This document shows, piece after piece, positions 1 through 11,822 of a stretch of DNA of 50,779 nt. Both the position numbers and the translations under genes were made by a program. The DNA is taken from assembly GCA_003693705.1 (NCBI GenBank), contig RBZT01000492.1, positions 1 to 50,779 of the forward strand, read 5' to 3'. Positions within the stretch are counted from its first letter, which is position 1, and each line of letters starts with the position of its first letter. This DNA is from Polymyxa betae A26-41 (Eukaryota > Protista > Endomyxa: Phytomyxea). Under the pieces are notes generated by a model, which was not told the origin of the DNA, did not search any database, and saw nothing but the letters and a program-made list of their open reading frames with translations.

Positions 1-135
1 GGAGATTTCGCGAGACTTCGGGTGCCTCTGGCCAATGAGCCAGAGCTCCAGTGGCACCAGATTCTTTTTTTGGGATTATGGGGACTTGGCGATTTCAGGG
101 CGTCAAAGAATTTTGGGGAAAGATGCGAAGAGCCG

Positions 136-147
136 NNNNNNNNNNNN
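136..147. other. Assembly gap (N run)
   Basis: 12 consecutive Ns followed by a C homopolymer. Confidence 0.98.
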
Positions 148-793
148 CCCCCCCCGCCGACAAATACGTAATAAAAAACGATGGAAAGACTCATATCCCG
201 ATAAGACAGACCAAGAAATTGATGTTATATCAAATCGATTCAGGATTTGGTTATTTTATTAACTAAAAAAGAAAAAAAGATGAGAAAATTCACGAAACGA
301 AGAATTCTCATGAATCAGACTTGGCAACAGCTACCACCTATCTTCAACCTAAGCTTCAAATAATCCATTCCCCATCACTGGGTGTAGGCGGTGGTGCTTC
401 TGTCTTTCAATGACTTGGAAAATAATTGCAGATTGAACTGGGGGACGATATGTTGGTTCTTTGGAAAATGGATTTTGATAAAAAGGGAAAAAACGTTTTC
501 GGGTCTTTTGAATTTTGGATTTTCTTATTTTGTTTTGGGGCGGGGGGAGTTTTTGGATTTTGGATATTTAGGTTTGGATTTTGATTGAAAATGAAATTTG
601 TGAAATTTGTGAAATGGGAATGGGATGGGAGGACTAATTTATTTTTGGGATAGGGCTAACTTGATATTTTTTGTATGGGTGGGTTTGGATGTCATTTATG
701 GAAATTGGATTTCGAAAATGACGGATTTTTTATGAAACTATCGACACCTTCGCCTTAATAAAAAAAGTGAATCTGCCCATACAAGGTTCGAGT

Positions 794-1100
794 TCAGTTA
801 TATTGCGATTTTTTACTCTCCCATTGGTCAGCGGTCCAACTCTTGATAGTGAGAGCATGGATTTTGCCCATGACATCACCCAGAGAGCCTTGCACCATTC
901 GATGACGTTCCAGAAGCTTGATGCCCTGGAATTTCTCTGAGACGACGACAATCTCGAACTTGGCGCCGCACCCGTCCGAAACGTCATTAACGATCTAATT
1001 AGAGTCAACCAATGCAGTACTGAACTGATTGTGAAAATACCAGAACAGACGGATCTAGAGCCCTCTGCAGGCATTCTTTCACTTCTGATTCAGATGACAT
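794..1100 (-). CDS. BOLA2: BolA-family protein (BOLA2/Fra2-like), 2 exons
   Basis: Removing the GT-AG intron at 995-1040 gives MSSESEVKECLQRALDPSVL|IVNDVSDGCGAKFEIVVVSEKFQGIKLLERHRMVQGSLGDVMGKIHALTIKSWTADQWESKKSQYN*. It has the BolA2 motifs GCGAKF, VSEKFxG, LLERHRMV and IHAL. Confidence 0.93.
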
Positions 1101-1549
1101 TCCTGCACAATGAGCTGTAAAGGAGAAAGAAAACTGCGTAACGCAATTTCTATGGAAGGCGATATTTTTTAGTTTTTTACTGTCTTTTTCTCTCCTTTTC
1201 ACATTCCAACGCAAGTCTTATATGGCACTTGATGGGTCATGGATGTTGCATTATGACTTTTGACTTCGATTGAAATGAATGCAAAACGGTCCACTAGGAA
1301 CCGCCGCCAGAACGACTGAATCTGATTGATACGACAAAGATTCAACATAATGAGCGCAATTGTCAGGTCTCTTTCACCAGAATTGCTGAGAGCCGAAGTG
1401 AGAATGTAAATTTTGAGTTGATTTCTGTGTCAAACCGAATCAAATTGGAGACATTCTGAAAAACCTCGCCTGGCAGAAGCAATTTTGTGAGAAAATGCGC
1501 GAAAATTGTCGTTTTCGGCGCCGATTTCGTTCTACCATTCCCATTTTCG

Positions 1550-2975
1550 ATGGTGCATGTACTACAGCGCCTTTGTCGGCGCCTGTACAGCAGTTATGGC
1601 CTTAAAATCTCGTGGGCCGAACCGGCACTATCGCAGCCGTTTGCAATGGAGCTTCCAGAGCTTACAGAGGCTGACAACCTTATCAAGTCACGAAACCATC
1701 TGCAATCGGATAATGCTTTATCATGCCTAAATCGGGCGCTTCTGATTGCTGAAAGAGTAGATCGAGCGCTTGCAAAATCGGTATTAGCTCGTATGGCCTT
1801 TATTCATCAACAGCGTGGCGACTATAAATCTGAATCTGCCGTTATATCGGATATTTTAAAGCTCGACAACTTGAGACGGAATTTATGGACGAATGCAAAA
1901 GTTTTAGCCAAATACCGTTGCCAAGAATCTGTAGAATTGCAACGGAAATCAATTCGAGATCTTTCCACCTATGGTGTCGTGAACAAATGCTCCATTAGCA
2001 TTACTGAAGCGATTACAAAGGTCGGATCCGATATGGCTGACAGTGCTCCTGCTTTAGGTATATAGCTATGATTCTTGTTCTGTTTCATCAGTTTCCACAG
2101 TTGCTGTTTGAGTGAGATTTTTTTCTTTGACTGCTTTGATCCAAAAGTTGATGCAAACCTTGCGTTATTATAACCGCTTTGTCCTGCTGCGTTAAGATTC
2201 AAATCTAACACCTTTCGCAAGGAGAATACGCACCTTGATGGAAGTTCCTTCTCTAAGTCGCTAAATAGCTAAACTTTCTCCAGGCGTCTTACATCTGCTG
2301 AATGGCTGGATCCTACTCACAACCCAATCATCGTCAGAAGCGATCCCATCTCTGAATGCCAGTATTCACTGCATGACGAATGCTGATGATTTTCTACGAG
2401 CAACCGTTCTGACTCGAGCACAATTGCTATTAGCTCAATGCCAGGGTTTTGATAAACCAGAAACGCGTCAGATATTGGAGCGCTCTCTCCATTTGTGTGA
2501 ATTGGTTCGAGGATGTTAAATTTTCTGACGTGACTTGAGCAAACTCTGGGCTGATTGTGACTTTTTCGGTTCTTGAGTCTTCGTATTCGAGTTTTTCTTT
2601 TCTTTCTTTCTAAAGGTGTTTATTTAGGAACTCTCTGACCCCAACGTCCTCAAGATCGAGACTTTGTATTTGTTGTCTCTGTGCTATGCCAATGCCGGCG
2701 ATGCAATTATCGCAGAAGGATTGCTTCGTTCCGGTCTGAGTAAGTTATCAAGGTTGCAATACCTCTCAGCTCCGGAACTGGCAATGCTGGGGACAATACG
2801 ACATTTCTATGCAGACCTGCTGCGACGAATGGAGTGGAATGGAGTAAAGCGAACCCGAGACGCTGACCGAATCCTGGCGGAAGCCCAAGCGGACCATTTA
2901 CGATGCCCTTTCCAGAAGGCTTCATGTGATGACAAGATCCCTGACTGGATTGTTCAAATTTTGCTTTCTGAATGA
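1550..2975 (+). CDS. TPR-like helical-repeat protein, possibly mitochondrially targeted; about 3 exons
   Basis: The ORFs 1487-2065 and 2664-2975 join through a middle exon (about 2284-2514). Arg-rich, acid-poor N-terminus (MVHVLQRLCRRLYSS). TPR-like segments ALSCLNRALLIAE..LARMAFIHQQRGDYK and LSLCYANAGDAIIAEGLLRSGL. Confidence 0.6.
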
Positions 2976-3292
2976 CAGGAACTGTCGAAAGATTTGCAGT
3001 GTAATATTTATTCGCAGCATCAATATATTGCTTCTTGCTGCCCGATTTTTCTGCAAGGATTTTTTTTGGCGAATCTTATAACATGCTGCAAGCAGAGTGA
3101 ATCCGATGCCAGAACCCTGAGAGCATATGTGAAAGAGAAGCTGTTGCGTTGTGATCATCGTTCTGATTGTGTTAAGATCCATGCATAGTTGATACTACTT
3201 TTAAGTACAGTTAATATCCCACGCGTAATGGCTTTATTACAGAATAGATTGTGAAGGCGCTTTGATTAACAAACTCATCGTAGCAAGAGGAT

Positions 3293-4261
3293 CTACAAAA
3301 TGGGGCAAACTGAGCTTGGGATGTCGATGTACTCCGCGAAAACCAAATTGCCATTATACGGTATCAGCCGTTCGGCATCAGATGGAACTTGCCAGCTTTT
3401 AACAAGTTTGAAAATGGGATCCATCATTAACTTTTCGCAGCTTATCTCTGTAGACATGCGGGCGAGAAAACTGTCAAATTCCTGGAGCTCTTTAGGAGCA
3501 TTGCGGACGTCGATGTCGAAGGATTCCAGATGGTGAATTAACAGATGGGAGAACAAATAGCATAGACTGGTTAATTCAAGACACGGCTTTGTGGATTCTG
3601 AAACCTCTCGAAAGCTTGAAAAGAATAAAGCGCCAGTAGAATCGTCCACACGCAAGCCGTAGCCATTTTCAAGACTGCCATGCTGATATCCAAGTTGATG
3701 CATTCGATGAGATATCTGCACGCATTGGTACAGAAACCAAATCAGCAGGTTGGCACTGTCCTTGGCCGATTCTGGAAGCTCGACGTCATATATAGAAATA
3801 CCTATTGATTCCGTCACGATGAATGCATCAAACTCAGTGCGGCACAAATCGAGCAGATGAATAAGGCCAGGAACCTGACACGAATGGCAAAAGCGACTCA
3901 TGAAGCTGACTTCTCGAGCAGCGTTTCGACTGATAGGTAATTTCTTGATGACGACCTCCATGTTTACGCCAATTCTACGAGCTCTCCATAACCTACCTTC
4001 TTTAAAGAGGAGCTCGTAGTCTTCTTCAATATCATTCACGACCCTGACCTTCATCGCCTTTTTCCCGGCTTGTGCCAGTTCAGGATTTTTGCTTGGGGGT
4101 GCATATTTCCAATATAAATATGATGGGTCTGGCTCTTCGATCACATCTGGGATAGTGGGTGCAGGCAAAGGGTTGCCAGCAGAATCTTTCATTTGCGAAT
4201 CTAGAAGGGAAGCCTGATCCCGATTTTTCGGGCGCTGATCAACGTCGGAACCAGCTGGCAT
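3293..4261 (-). CDS. Protein-kinase-like protein, probable pseudokinase
   Basis: 322-aa ORF with VVIKKL (beta3 Lys), AAREVSFM (alphaC Glu) and FIVTE hinge. The catalytic loop reads YQHGSL (no HRD) and the DFG position reads FSSF. A short upstream exon is possible. Confidence 0.7.
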   Translation of the reverse strand: MPAGSDVDQRPKNRDQASLLDSQMKDSAGNPLPAPTIPDVIEEPDPSYLYWKYAPPSKNPELAQAGKKAMKVRVVNDIEEDYELLFKEGRLWRARRIGVNMEVVIKKLPISRNAAREVSFMSRFCHSCQVPGLIHLLDLCRTEFDAFIVTESIGISIYDVELPESAKDSANLLIWFLYQCVQISHRMHQLGYQHGSLENGYGLRVDDSTGALFFSSFREVSESTKPCLELTSLCYLFSHLLIHHLESFDIDVRNAPKELQEFDSFLARMSTEISCEKLMMDPIFKLVKSWQVPSDAERLIPYNGNLVFAEYIDIPSSVCPIL

Positions 4262-4604
4262 CGAACAAGATACTAAGGTTGAAGAGAGACAGATCCAGAA
4301 CGGAAATGATGCCGCTTCAAGATGATAATATCGGATTTACGTGATCGGGAACGTATTAACGGCTCGTAGCCTCCCGAACCGAGCTAACAAGTGATGGCTC
4401 GTCCTGTCATCAAAACAGGCCTGTGCAGTCCAGTCAAAACGTGATGAAATTTAACCAAACACCTCTGTATATTTTGCTCATCTGTATCTGATATCATATC
4501 ATATAACTGTATAAGATATGTAGCTGGTAAAGTGAGTCGTTAGACCAAAACGTAGCTGGTGTATTCTGACTAGGAGCGGTACAACCCGAGCAGATTGGCC
4601 AGCT

Positions 4605-6498
4605 TTACGGAATGCGTTGATAGCCTTCTTGAGCTTGGAGATTGCTGCGAGCAAATATGCATTTGTAACCAGTTTTGACACTGAAATAGCACAGCGCGAT
4701 AGCTGACAATGAGAACAGCACGGCTAGAACGATTGTTAAGAAGCTCCATCTCTTTTTTACAGACGAGCTGGCGTTGGTGGGAGCAAAACCAATCCGCAAC
4801 TTGCCAACATCATAAACGGTATAAAACTGACGAATCCAGACGTCACCGATCAGCCTTGGCTAAGCGTAAATATATAATCAAATGTCAAACTATATAACCT
4901 ACCAGATCGGTAGGTCCTTTGGCAATGCAAAGAATCCTAAATAGCAGGTGTCCCAACTTCTTTGCAAGATGTAATCTTCTGCTTTGAGGTGCAGCTCCAC
5001 CCCGTTGATCTAGAAAAATTTAGATATCATTGATTGCCGACTAGATTGATGCGTATTTACATTAATGAGAAAATCTGGGAGGTCAGAAGAGCAAGATACC
5101 GTCAAAATCTCGTTCTCTTTGGAAATGATATCGAACACAGACGATAGCGAAGAATAGTAGGCTGCTGGTAACCCAATTCTGAACATACCGAATTACTAAC
5201 GCAATAAAGAGCCATCATGGATACTATGATAAAATTGCAGAAAAGTCGGCGAAAAGTCGGCGAAAACTGATGCAATTTCAAGGAAGAAGTGATTCTTGAA
5301 AACCCAAGCAAACACTCACAAGCTTGTGCCAGTATCAATGATGGCAAAACCTTGAGATCTTGAAAAGTGTCCTTCAAATCCGATCTGATCAGGAAGAATG
5401 TTCCAGAAGCCAAGATCGGGTCGGGCAACGTCACTATAGACTGGGATGATGGTGAATATCGAAAAAAAGGCTCAGAATATAACAATTACCGATTTCACCA
5501 TAATAATGAGACGAATTGGTTCCTCCCAATACCAACTGCCCATCATCAGAGTCGGGATCGCTTTGAAGATAGAATGCGAAAACATTCTCTTTCAGGAGGC
5601 CTTGCTTCCAAGCGTTATCGAACAAATTCGGTAAGTCATTGCTACTCTTGCCCAACCCCATTCCGACAATTCCGTCAAAGGCAGAATTGCCAAATTCAGT
5701 GCCGTTTACTACAACGCCAAATGGAATTGAGTCCATTTTAAAACTTGCCCAATTTACGCTATCTTGAGCCAGATAACCCATATCGCTGAAGTCATTTGAG
5801 AATCTGATGCAGCAAGCGAAGTGTGGATCAGCTTACTTGCCCTTCAAATAAGCAATCTGGAAGGGACGACCATCCTTAACAGAGGTGGATGAGTCTGCAG
5901 CGTTGTACCGGTTCTTGTCAGTGCATTCGGTACAATCAACACCAGGAATCCTAACATCTCGAGTAAATATTCCGAAAAGCATCGATGATAACAAGAAAGT
6001 TGCCCCAAGTGCGAACGAAACCTTTCCGCAAAGCAATGAAAGACAAACCAAATAAATCAGTTTTGGCTGTACCAGAAATCGGAGCTTCCAGTATCATAGA
6101 GAACTTGGAACTTCTGAGGCGGTGTGCCGACTTCGATCTCACCAAAATACTCAATCTGGACATACTAGCAGATCAATACTGTTTCTAAGCTACAAAAAAA
6201 AGCGCATCGACGATGGGTGAGAATTGATGTCGACATTGTCAGAACGTTTGAAAAACCGTACATTGTCGACATCAATCAACGGAACAGAAGCAGATTCCGA
6301 CAAGGAAGCAAGATGCTTGCATATATGGGACGATACTGAAGGTTTTAGGGGCTTGTGAAGACCACGCCGTTGAATCGGAATTGTAAAAGAGAGACTGTCG
6401 GCATCTGAATCCAGAACTGTGGCTTGAATAACGATGGTGACCAAGAAGAGACACCAAAGCCCAATAACCACCTTGAGCGGTATCGGACCGGCCAACAT
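4605..6498 (-). CDS. Pepsin-family (A1) aspartic protease with signal peptide and C-terminal transmembrane anchor, multi-exon
   Basis: The spliced product contains [45 protein letters not shown] and [26 protein letters not shown], then the hydrophobic [22 protein letters not shown]. Both catalytic DTG motifs are present. Confidence 0.93.
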
Positions 6499-6935
6499 CA
6501 CCTCGTCAAGGCCCGATGTTGCAACTGATTATGATGGGATGTGACGGAAGCTGAACAGATAGGGTTGCAACAGTGACCCCAGTGACCCCGTCACCCCATC
6601 TGCGATTCTAAATTTACCTCACCATTTGTTCGCGTGGCTGCTTCTTGAAGCCATTGCATATGGCTTTCTGCCAACATCGAGTTCACAATTAACAGAAATT
6701 TAGTCGTCATTTGAGAAAAAAGATGCCACAGACAGATTTTAGATAATGACAACGATCTGGATCTCCTGTTTATCATTTTCGGGTCACGGTGTCCTTTTTC
6801 GATACTGTATCAGCAAGAGTTTCGCCAAACTAGTTCTCTTAAGATTTTGCAACATGACTGCTAGTGCGATTCCTAGACGTACCGGACTTCAGTAGGACGA
6901 GTGCGAGATCCGCCATCGTTGACTATCTTCCGAAA

Positions 6936-7593
6936 ATGCCAACAATTGGACGCCTTGGCCGTGATGCCGCCCATCGATGGGCTATGTTGAAGACCATGGT
7001 CTCACAGCTTATTCAGCACGAACGTATCGAGACGACACTGCCAAAGGCCAAGGAATTACGCAAGGTCATCTTACTTTATGGAGAGTTGCTTGTCTAAAAT
7101 CTATGAGTCTGTTTGAAGGAATCGTGCGTTTTAATTCAATTGTTGGTTACTTAGGTGGCCGACAGAGTTGTGACGTTTGCCAAGAGAGGTGGGCGTAATG
7201 ACCGTTTACAAGCCAGCAGAGTGATCGGTGATGAGGAATTGCTAAACAAACTCTGGACAGTGATGGGCCCTCGCTATATTGATCGACCAGGCGGCTATAC
7301 CCGTGTATTACGATCTAGAAAGCGATTTGGTGACAATGCTACCATGGCGTTCATTGAATTTGTTGACAGGTATTGTTACAATTTCGACACTTGCTCTACA
7401 AGCATGCATTTTTAGCAATTTCTTTTTGCTCAAATTTTGGCGAAGCCATATCAGGTCTCTTAGCAGAATATCATGAAGTTCTGACGATCTTTTTAGACCG
7501 GGAGAGCTTCGTATCGCACGACAGGTCGGCAATACTCGCGATGTCCAAGGGCATGGTGTCACCGAATCGCAAGATCAGCCCCAGGTTTCGTAA
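6936..7593 (+). CDS. MRPL17: Mitochondrial ribosomal protein L17 (bL17m), 3 exons
   Basis: [38 protein letters not shown]|[10 protein letters not shown]...[14 protein letters not shown]...[14 protein letters not shown]|PGELR: the canonical L17 signature. Confidence 0.95.
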
Positions 7594-7807
7594 AAGACAG
7601 CTTTACACTTTTTATCTTCAGACTGTATTACATGCCGCTTGCTGTTGCTTATATAAAGCAATAAAACATCGGCATCATTGTCGCTTACACGTTCGCGCTC
7701 TTCTTCTGCAAAGCGCTCATGCTTGTTGGACCAAATGAGCCTCGCAAGTGATAGCATCGAATCGGTGTTGCTGCGCGTGCCTTTCGTAACAGCAAATCAG
7801 GATTGTA

Positions 7808-9778
7808 ATGTTACAGACATTAATTGATGAAGAGAAGATCGTCAGCGACCCCAGCGCGCTGAACCCGAATCAGAACCCGAAATCCATCTCAATCGTTCAT
7901 TTGGCCCGCTGTAATATTAGCGCCATTGCCAACTTTCAGCAATACATAAATCTCGAGGTTCTTTATCTGAATGGTACAGTAAGATAGCTTCTTCGGGTTC
8001 TTTTTTCTTGGCTTCGCCAGACAATTACGATTCTTTCGTTTTGGTTCTTCCTAAAATGTTTACCTTTCTCCGGTTCAACAATCCGATGCTGATAACGCAA
8101 TTGTAGACAACCGATTACAGAAAGTGGAGAACCTCGACCAATGTTTCCGTCTGCGCGAGCTCTATTTGCATCGCAATCGCTTGGTAACCTTGTCAGGGTT
8201 GGACAAGCTTCGTTATCTGCGAAAGCTCACGTTAAATGGTAATCAATTGAAAAATTTGATCACCATGCTGCCAAATCTGAGGCATATGCACCTCCTAAAT
8301 GAGCTCGGTAAGCTAGACTTTTTTTGCCAGAAAACCGTGTTTTAGTTCACCGTGCGAAGGAACTTTCTGATCTTCAAAACTTCGTGGTTGATTTAACTGC
8401 ACTTTCTTACCTGACTTCTGCATAGTTGTTGTTTCTTGATTTTCTTCATTCCTTTTGAGTTCAAGCTCTCTTGATTTGGTCTCTTATTTTTATATAATTC
8501 TTTAAAGCCTGCCAATTATCTGCTGTAGATCTATTCGGGAACCCGCTAGCTAACGAACATCATTATCGGCTTCACGTGCTTCATACATTGCCATCATTGG
8601 CAATTCTTGATCATCAAGGTCAGATCGAACAAACAGTCTGCGGATACAGTTTATCTGATCCTGTCCAGCCATTACGAAATCTGATCATGATAAGGCGGCG
8701 CGATTATATCGTGATCGCAGGGTTGCCAATTCACAGCTACGAGTCGTATTCGGTCGTCGCTTGTCTGTAGAAGACCTTCATTCAACATCGTCTCCACAGC
8801 ATGGTCATGTTGTTTCGTCGTTATCTGAGGCGATGGTCAAGAAAGCAAAGGTTAATTGCAAGAGCTTGCCTTTGCCTATCTTTTCGCCTTTTTATGAGCT
8901 CTTTGTTTGTGGGTTTTGTGATACATGAATATTTACCAGAATGTCCTTGTTAACGGATTCTTCTGGCAGAAAATCGAAGAACAATTGTTAGAACAAAAGA
9001 AGAAACAATTGTTGTCGCTATACGGCGAGTGTGGCGAGAACCTCTCTGCTGATGACAACGCCATACCCCTGCCATCCCGGTTCCATTCCTTCAATCTAGA
9101 TCTCGCCAAAGGCGTTTCGTCCAAGGTTGATTTGCGAGATACTTTGCGGGCCGTAATCTTGTTTCGAGATATTGGTCTGATGGTTCTAACGTCAACTTTA
9201 GGAAACTTTAACACGTACAGGCATCAAAGAGTCGTCGACTATCGCTGTCGCCGAAGCGACCAGACTGATTGTCGATCTTCAGTCTATCGGAAGGCGACCA
9301 TTACCTGAAGACTTTCAAAAGGTAGTGTTTAAATCTAAGGAGATTGCAGATTTCGATTCTACGTCTTTATCCCTTTTTTCAGCCGTTGAATTTGAGGATC
9401 TCGTATCATATTCAATAGTTGCGGGATAGTCTATTTTTTGGTCCTTACAGTTTTGAAGTGTTATTGTTTCAAGTTTGCTAATAGAACGTATTTCAGGTAC
9501 TAGAACGTTGGTCAAAGGTTGCTACACAACCAGAGTCGACCACTCCTGTGTCGAAAAACGCCACTCCTTCGTCATCGGAGCCGAGCATTCCTGTCTCAAC
9601 ATTCCTTGATGACATCACTGCATTAGAATGGTCACCGCAGCCCGTCGATGAGCTTCGAGTCCTTTACGACAAACACCATGGTCAAGCGCTAGCTAGTTTT
9701 ACAAGCGGTAATCACGCCGCAGCACTAAGAAGTATAACGTTGGCGTTAGCCGTTCAACAATTGATCTCGGAATCGTAG
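7808..9778 (+). CDS. SDS22-type leucine-rich-repeat protein with LRRcap (LRRC72-like), multi-exon
   Basis: LEVLYLN|DNRLQKVENLDQCFRLRELYLHRNRL..LRKLTLNGNQL, then DLFGNPLANEHHYRLHVLHTLPSLAILDH (LRRcap). The C-terminal exons are approximate. Confidence 0.75.
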
Positions 9779-10051
9779 CGCTGATCAAACCACAATGGAT
9801 CCATCGCGTCGCCTTCATAGTGAAGTTCGATGGTATGGAATCTGAGACCATGACCAATCTCTTTCTATTCGATGGCTTAATTTTAAACAGCTACATTGTG
9901 TACCCAATGAGCATATTATAAAATTTTCTGCAAAATCAAATAACCTAGAAAATACGGAAGCGACTTCAGATGCAACTTTGTGAGAAAAGGGTTTCGATTT
10001 TTGATCTCGCAATTTTGAACGCCATTTTTACTGTCAATGTAAGAAGCCAGA

Positions 10052-11325
10052 ATGGAGGATGAACGTTGCATTGTTTGTAATGCGAATCTTACTAAGCAAA
10101 CGGCCATGGAACGTCATATTCACATCAATCGATGCCTTGATAAGACAGGACCGGATGCCCCTATTCAGGAAAACGTTGAAGTCTGCCCAGTTTGTACGAT
10201 GGAGCTTGCACGATTCACAATTGAAGAAAGGAACCAGCATGGTATGTGGCGGAAATCGATATTTCTCACAGTTGTTGAGCAGCGGGCAGTTTTAGAATGT
10301 GTCGAAGGGCGTGAAGCTATTGAAGATTTCGAAGACAGCCGTGATGGCGCTGTAATACAAGCATTTGAATCGTCGATAACAGGCACGGTTGACATCACCA
10401 GCAACGACTTTCAATGCTGGATGTGTGCTAAACCTTTGGCACGCCTCTCTGTTAAGACTCGATTCTTACATCTTGCAGACTGTACAAGGTACCTTTAGCG
10501 ATTCTATCCCTTTGCTGTTTGCGTAATTGTTTTCTCGACGTTATTCCAGCTGATATGATACTACGCTCCGAATATTTCATATGTCTCAATGGCTGCATAG
10601 GATCCCCAAGGAGATTCTGGAATCGATCTTTGTGATTGATGATGCTTCAGAACAGGACGGGGACCACTATAGGATTAAATCGAAAGGTTTGACGCCGCAG
10701 GAGATCGTACAGAAACTGGAATCGGTTGCAAAAGCAATAGATCGTCAAATCGTAAGCCTAAATATGTACAGGCAAAAACTACAGGTTGTTTGGACATGAT
10801 TTACTCCTGTTGCATAAGTGTTCTAACCATGTTAGTTTAGGTTCAGATGGAGCGAGCCTTAACGTTGCTTCCTTCGGAGCCGAAAAGGAAAACCTCTAAA
10901 AGGCAGGTCAGTCTTGATTTAACTTCGCAATTCGGCTAAATATCGTATTAAATATCGTATTCGTGTGCTGTTTGAATGACGTCTCCTGATGTGTTTAGAT
11001 TGCTGGGAGTACAAACAGCACACCAGCAGTTATCACTGTCACTGATGTCTCTGTTGCTGCAATAAGTTCTGCTAGTCTACCAGCAATGAAGCCAAGCACA
11101 TTCGGGTCGGCGAAATCCAAAATCAAACATGATGCAGGACCAGAATCCTTCCCTGATGATGAAGACGCTCGCCTGCTAGCCGAATTAGCAGACGACAGCG
11201 ACGCAGGGATCGCTTCAGAACATCGGCATGATGAGGTATTAGCTCAAACTTTTTCTGCCATTTTTCATAACCAATTTTAGGTCAACTTTTTATCCAATCT
11301 TTTGACACAGACTCAGAAAGAATAA
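10052..11325 (+). CDS. Protein with three UBZ4-like (CxxC...HxxxC) zinc fingers, multi-exon
   Basis: CIVC..HINRC, CPVC..H|VLEC and CWMC..HLADC, followed by a short coiled coil and a low-complexity acidic tail. Confidence 0.65.
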
Positions 11326-11822
11326 GCCACCGTAACGTCCTATATACCGCCTGTCTCATTGTCATACTGTATGAACAGCATCATTGTCCATTGATATAGT
11401 TTTAATTCTGGATTTCATGCTGAGTAACGTCTTCTTTAATCAAAAAATATGTTTCATTTGCAACATTATTCACTGAAATCATTGCTTGAATCCGCACGAT
11501 TATCGTTTGAGCACTTGGCTGACCTCTGACTCCACGTCCACGATTTCAATCAAAGCGCAATTTTTTGCCCGAACATTCGCCAATTAATTACGCCAATCAG
11601 AATAAAGTTGCGCCACTTCGCAATTTAAACTGCGCCGCTTTCAATTACCATCACATTTTAAAAACTGCGCGGCTGTTCCCGGGTCCCGCATAATTTCCGC
11701 GAGAAATGACTCGGTCATATGATCAGTAGCAATTTTCAAGCTGTTTGTAGAAGCACTCCTCCATTGGTGCCGAGACAGCTGACCAACTCGTAATCGCCAG
11801 CCGCTCGACATCACTTGCCTAG

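Noticed and set aside
21-58. Nested inverted repeat GGTGCC/CTCTGGC..GCCAGAG/GGCACC
   Set aside because: It is short, next to an assembly gap and matches no RNA family I recognise.
148-730. AT-rich, G/T-skewed tract with short repeats (TGAAATTTG) and small ORFs
   Set aside because: It may be a repeat remnant beside the gap, but I could not identify a TIR, domain or coding signal.
857-1120. Plus-strand frame of about 87 codons with one internal TGA
   Set aside because: It is the antisense shadow of the BolA2 gene.
5240-5266. 11-bp tandem duplication (also a 12-bp one near 10938-10961)
   Set aside because: These are intronic slippage duplications with no sign of function and are not CRISPR-like.
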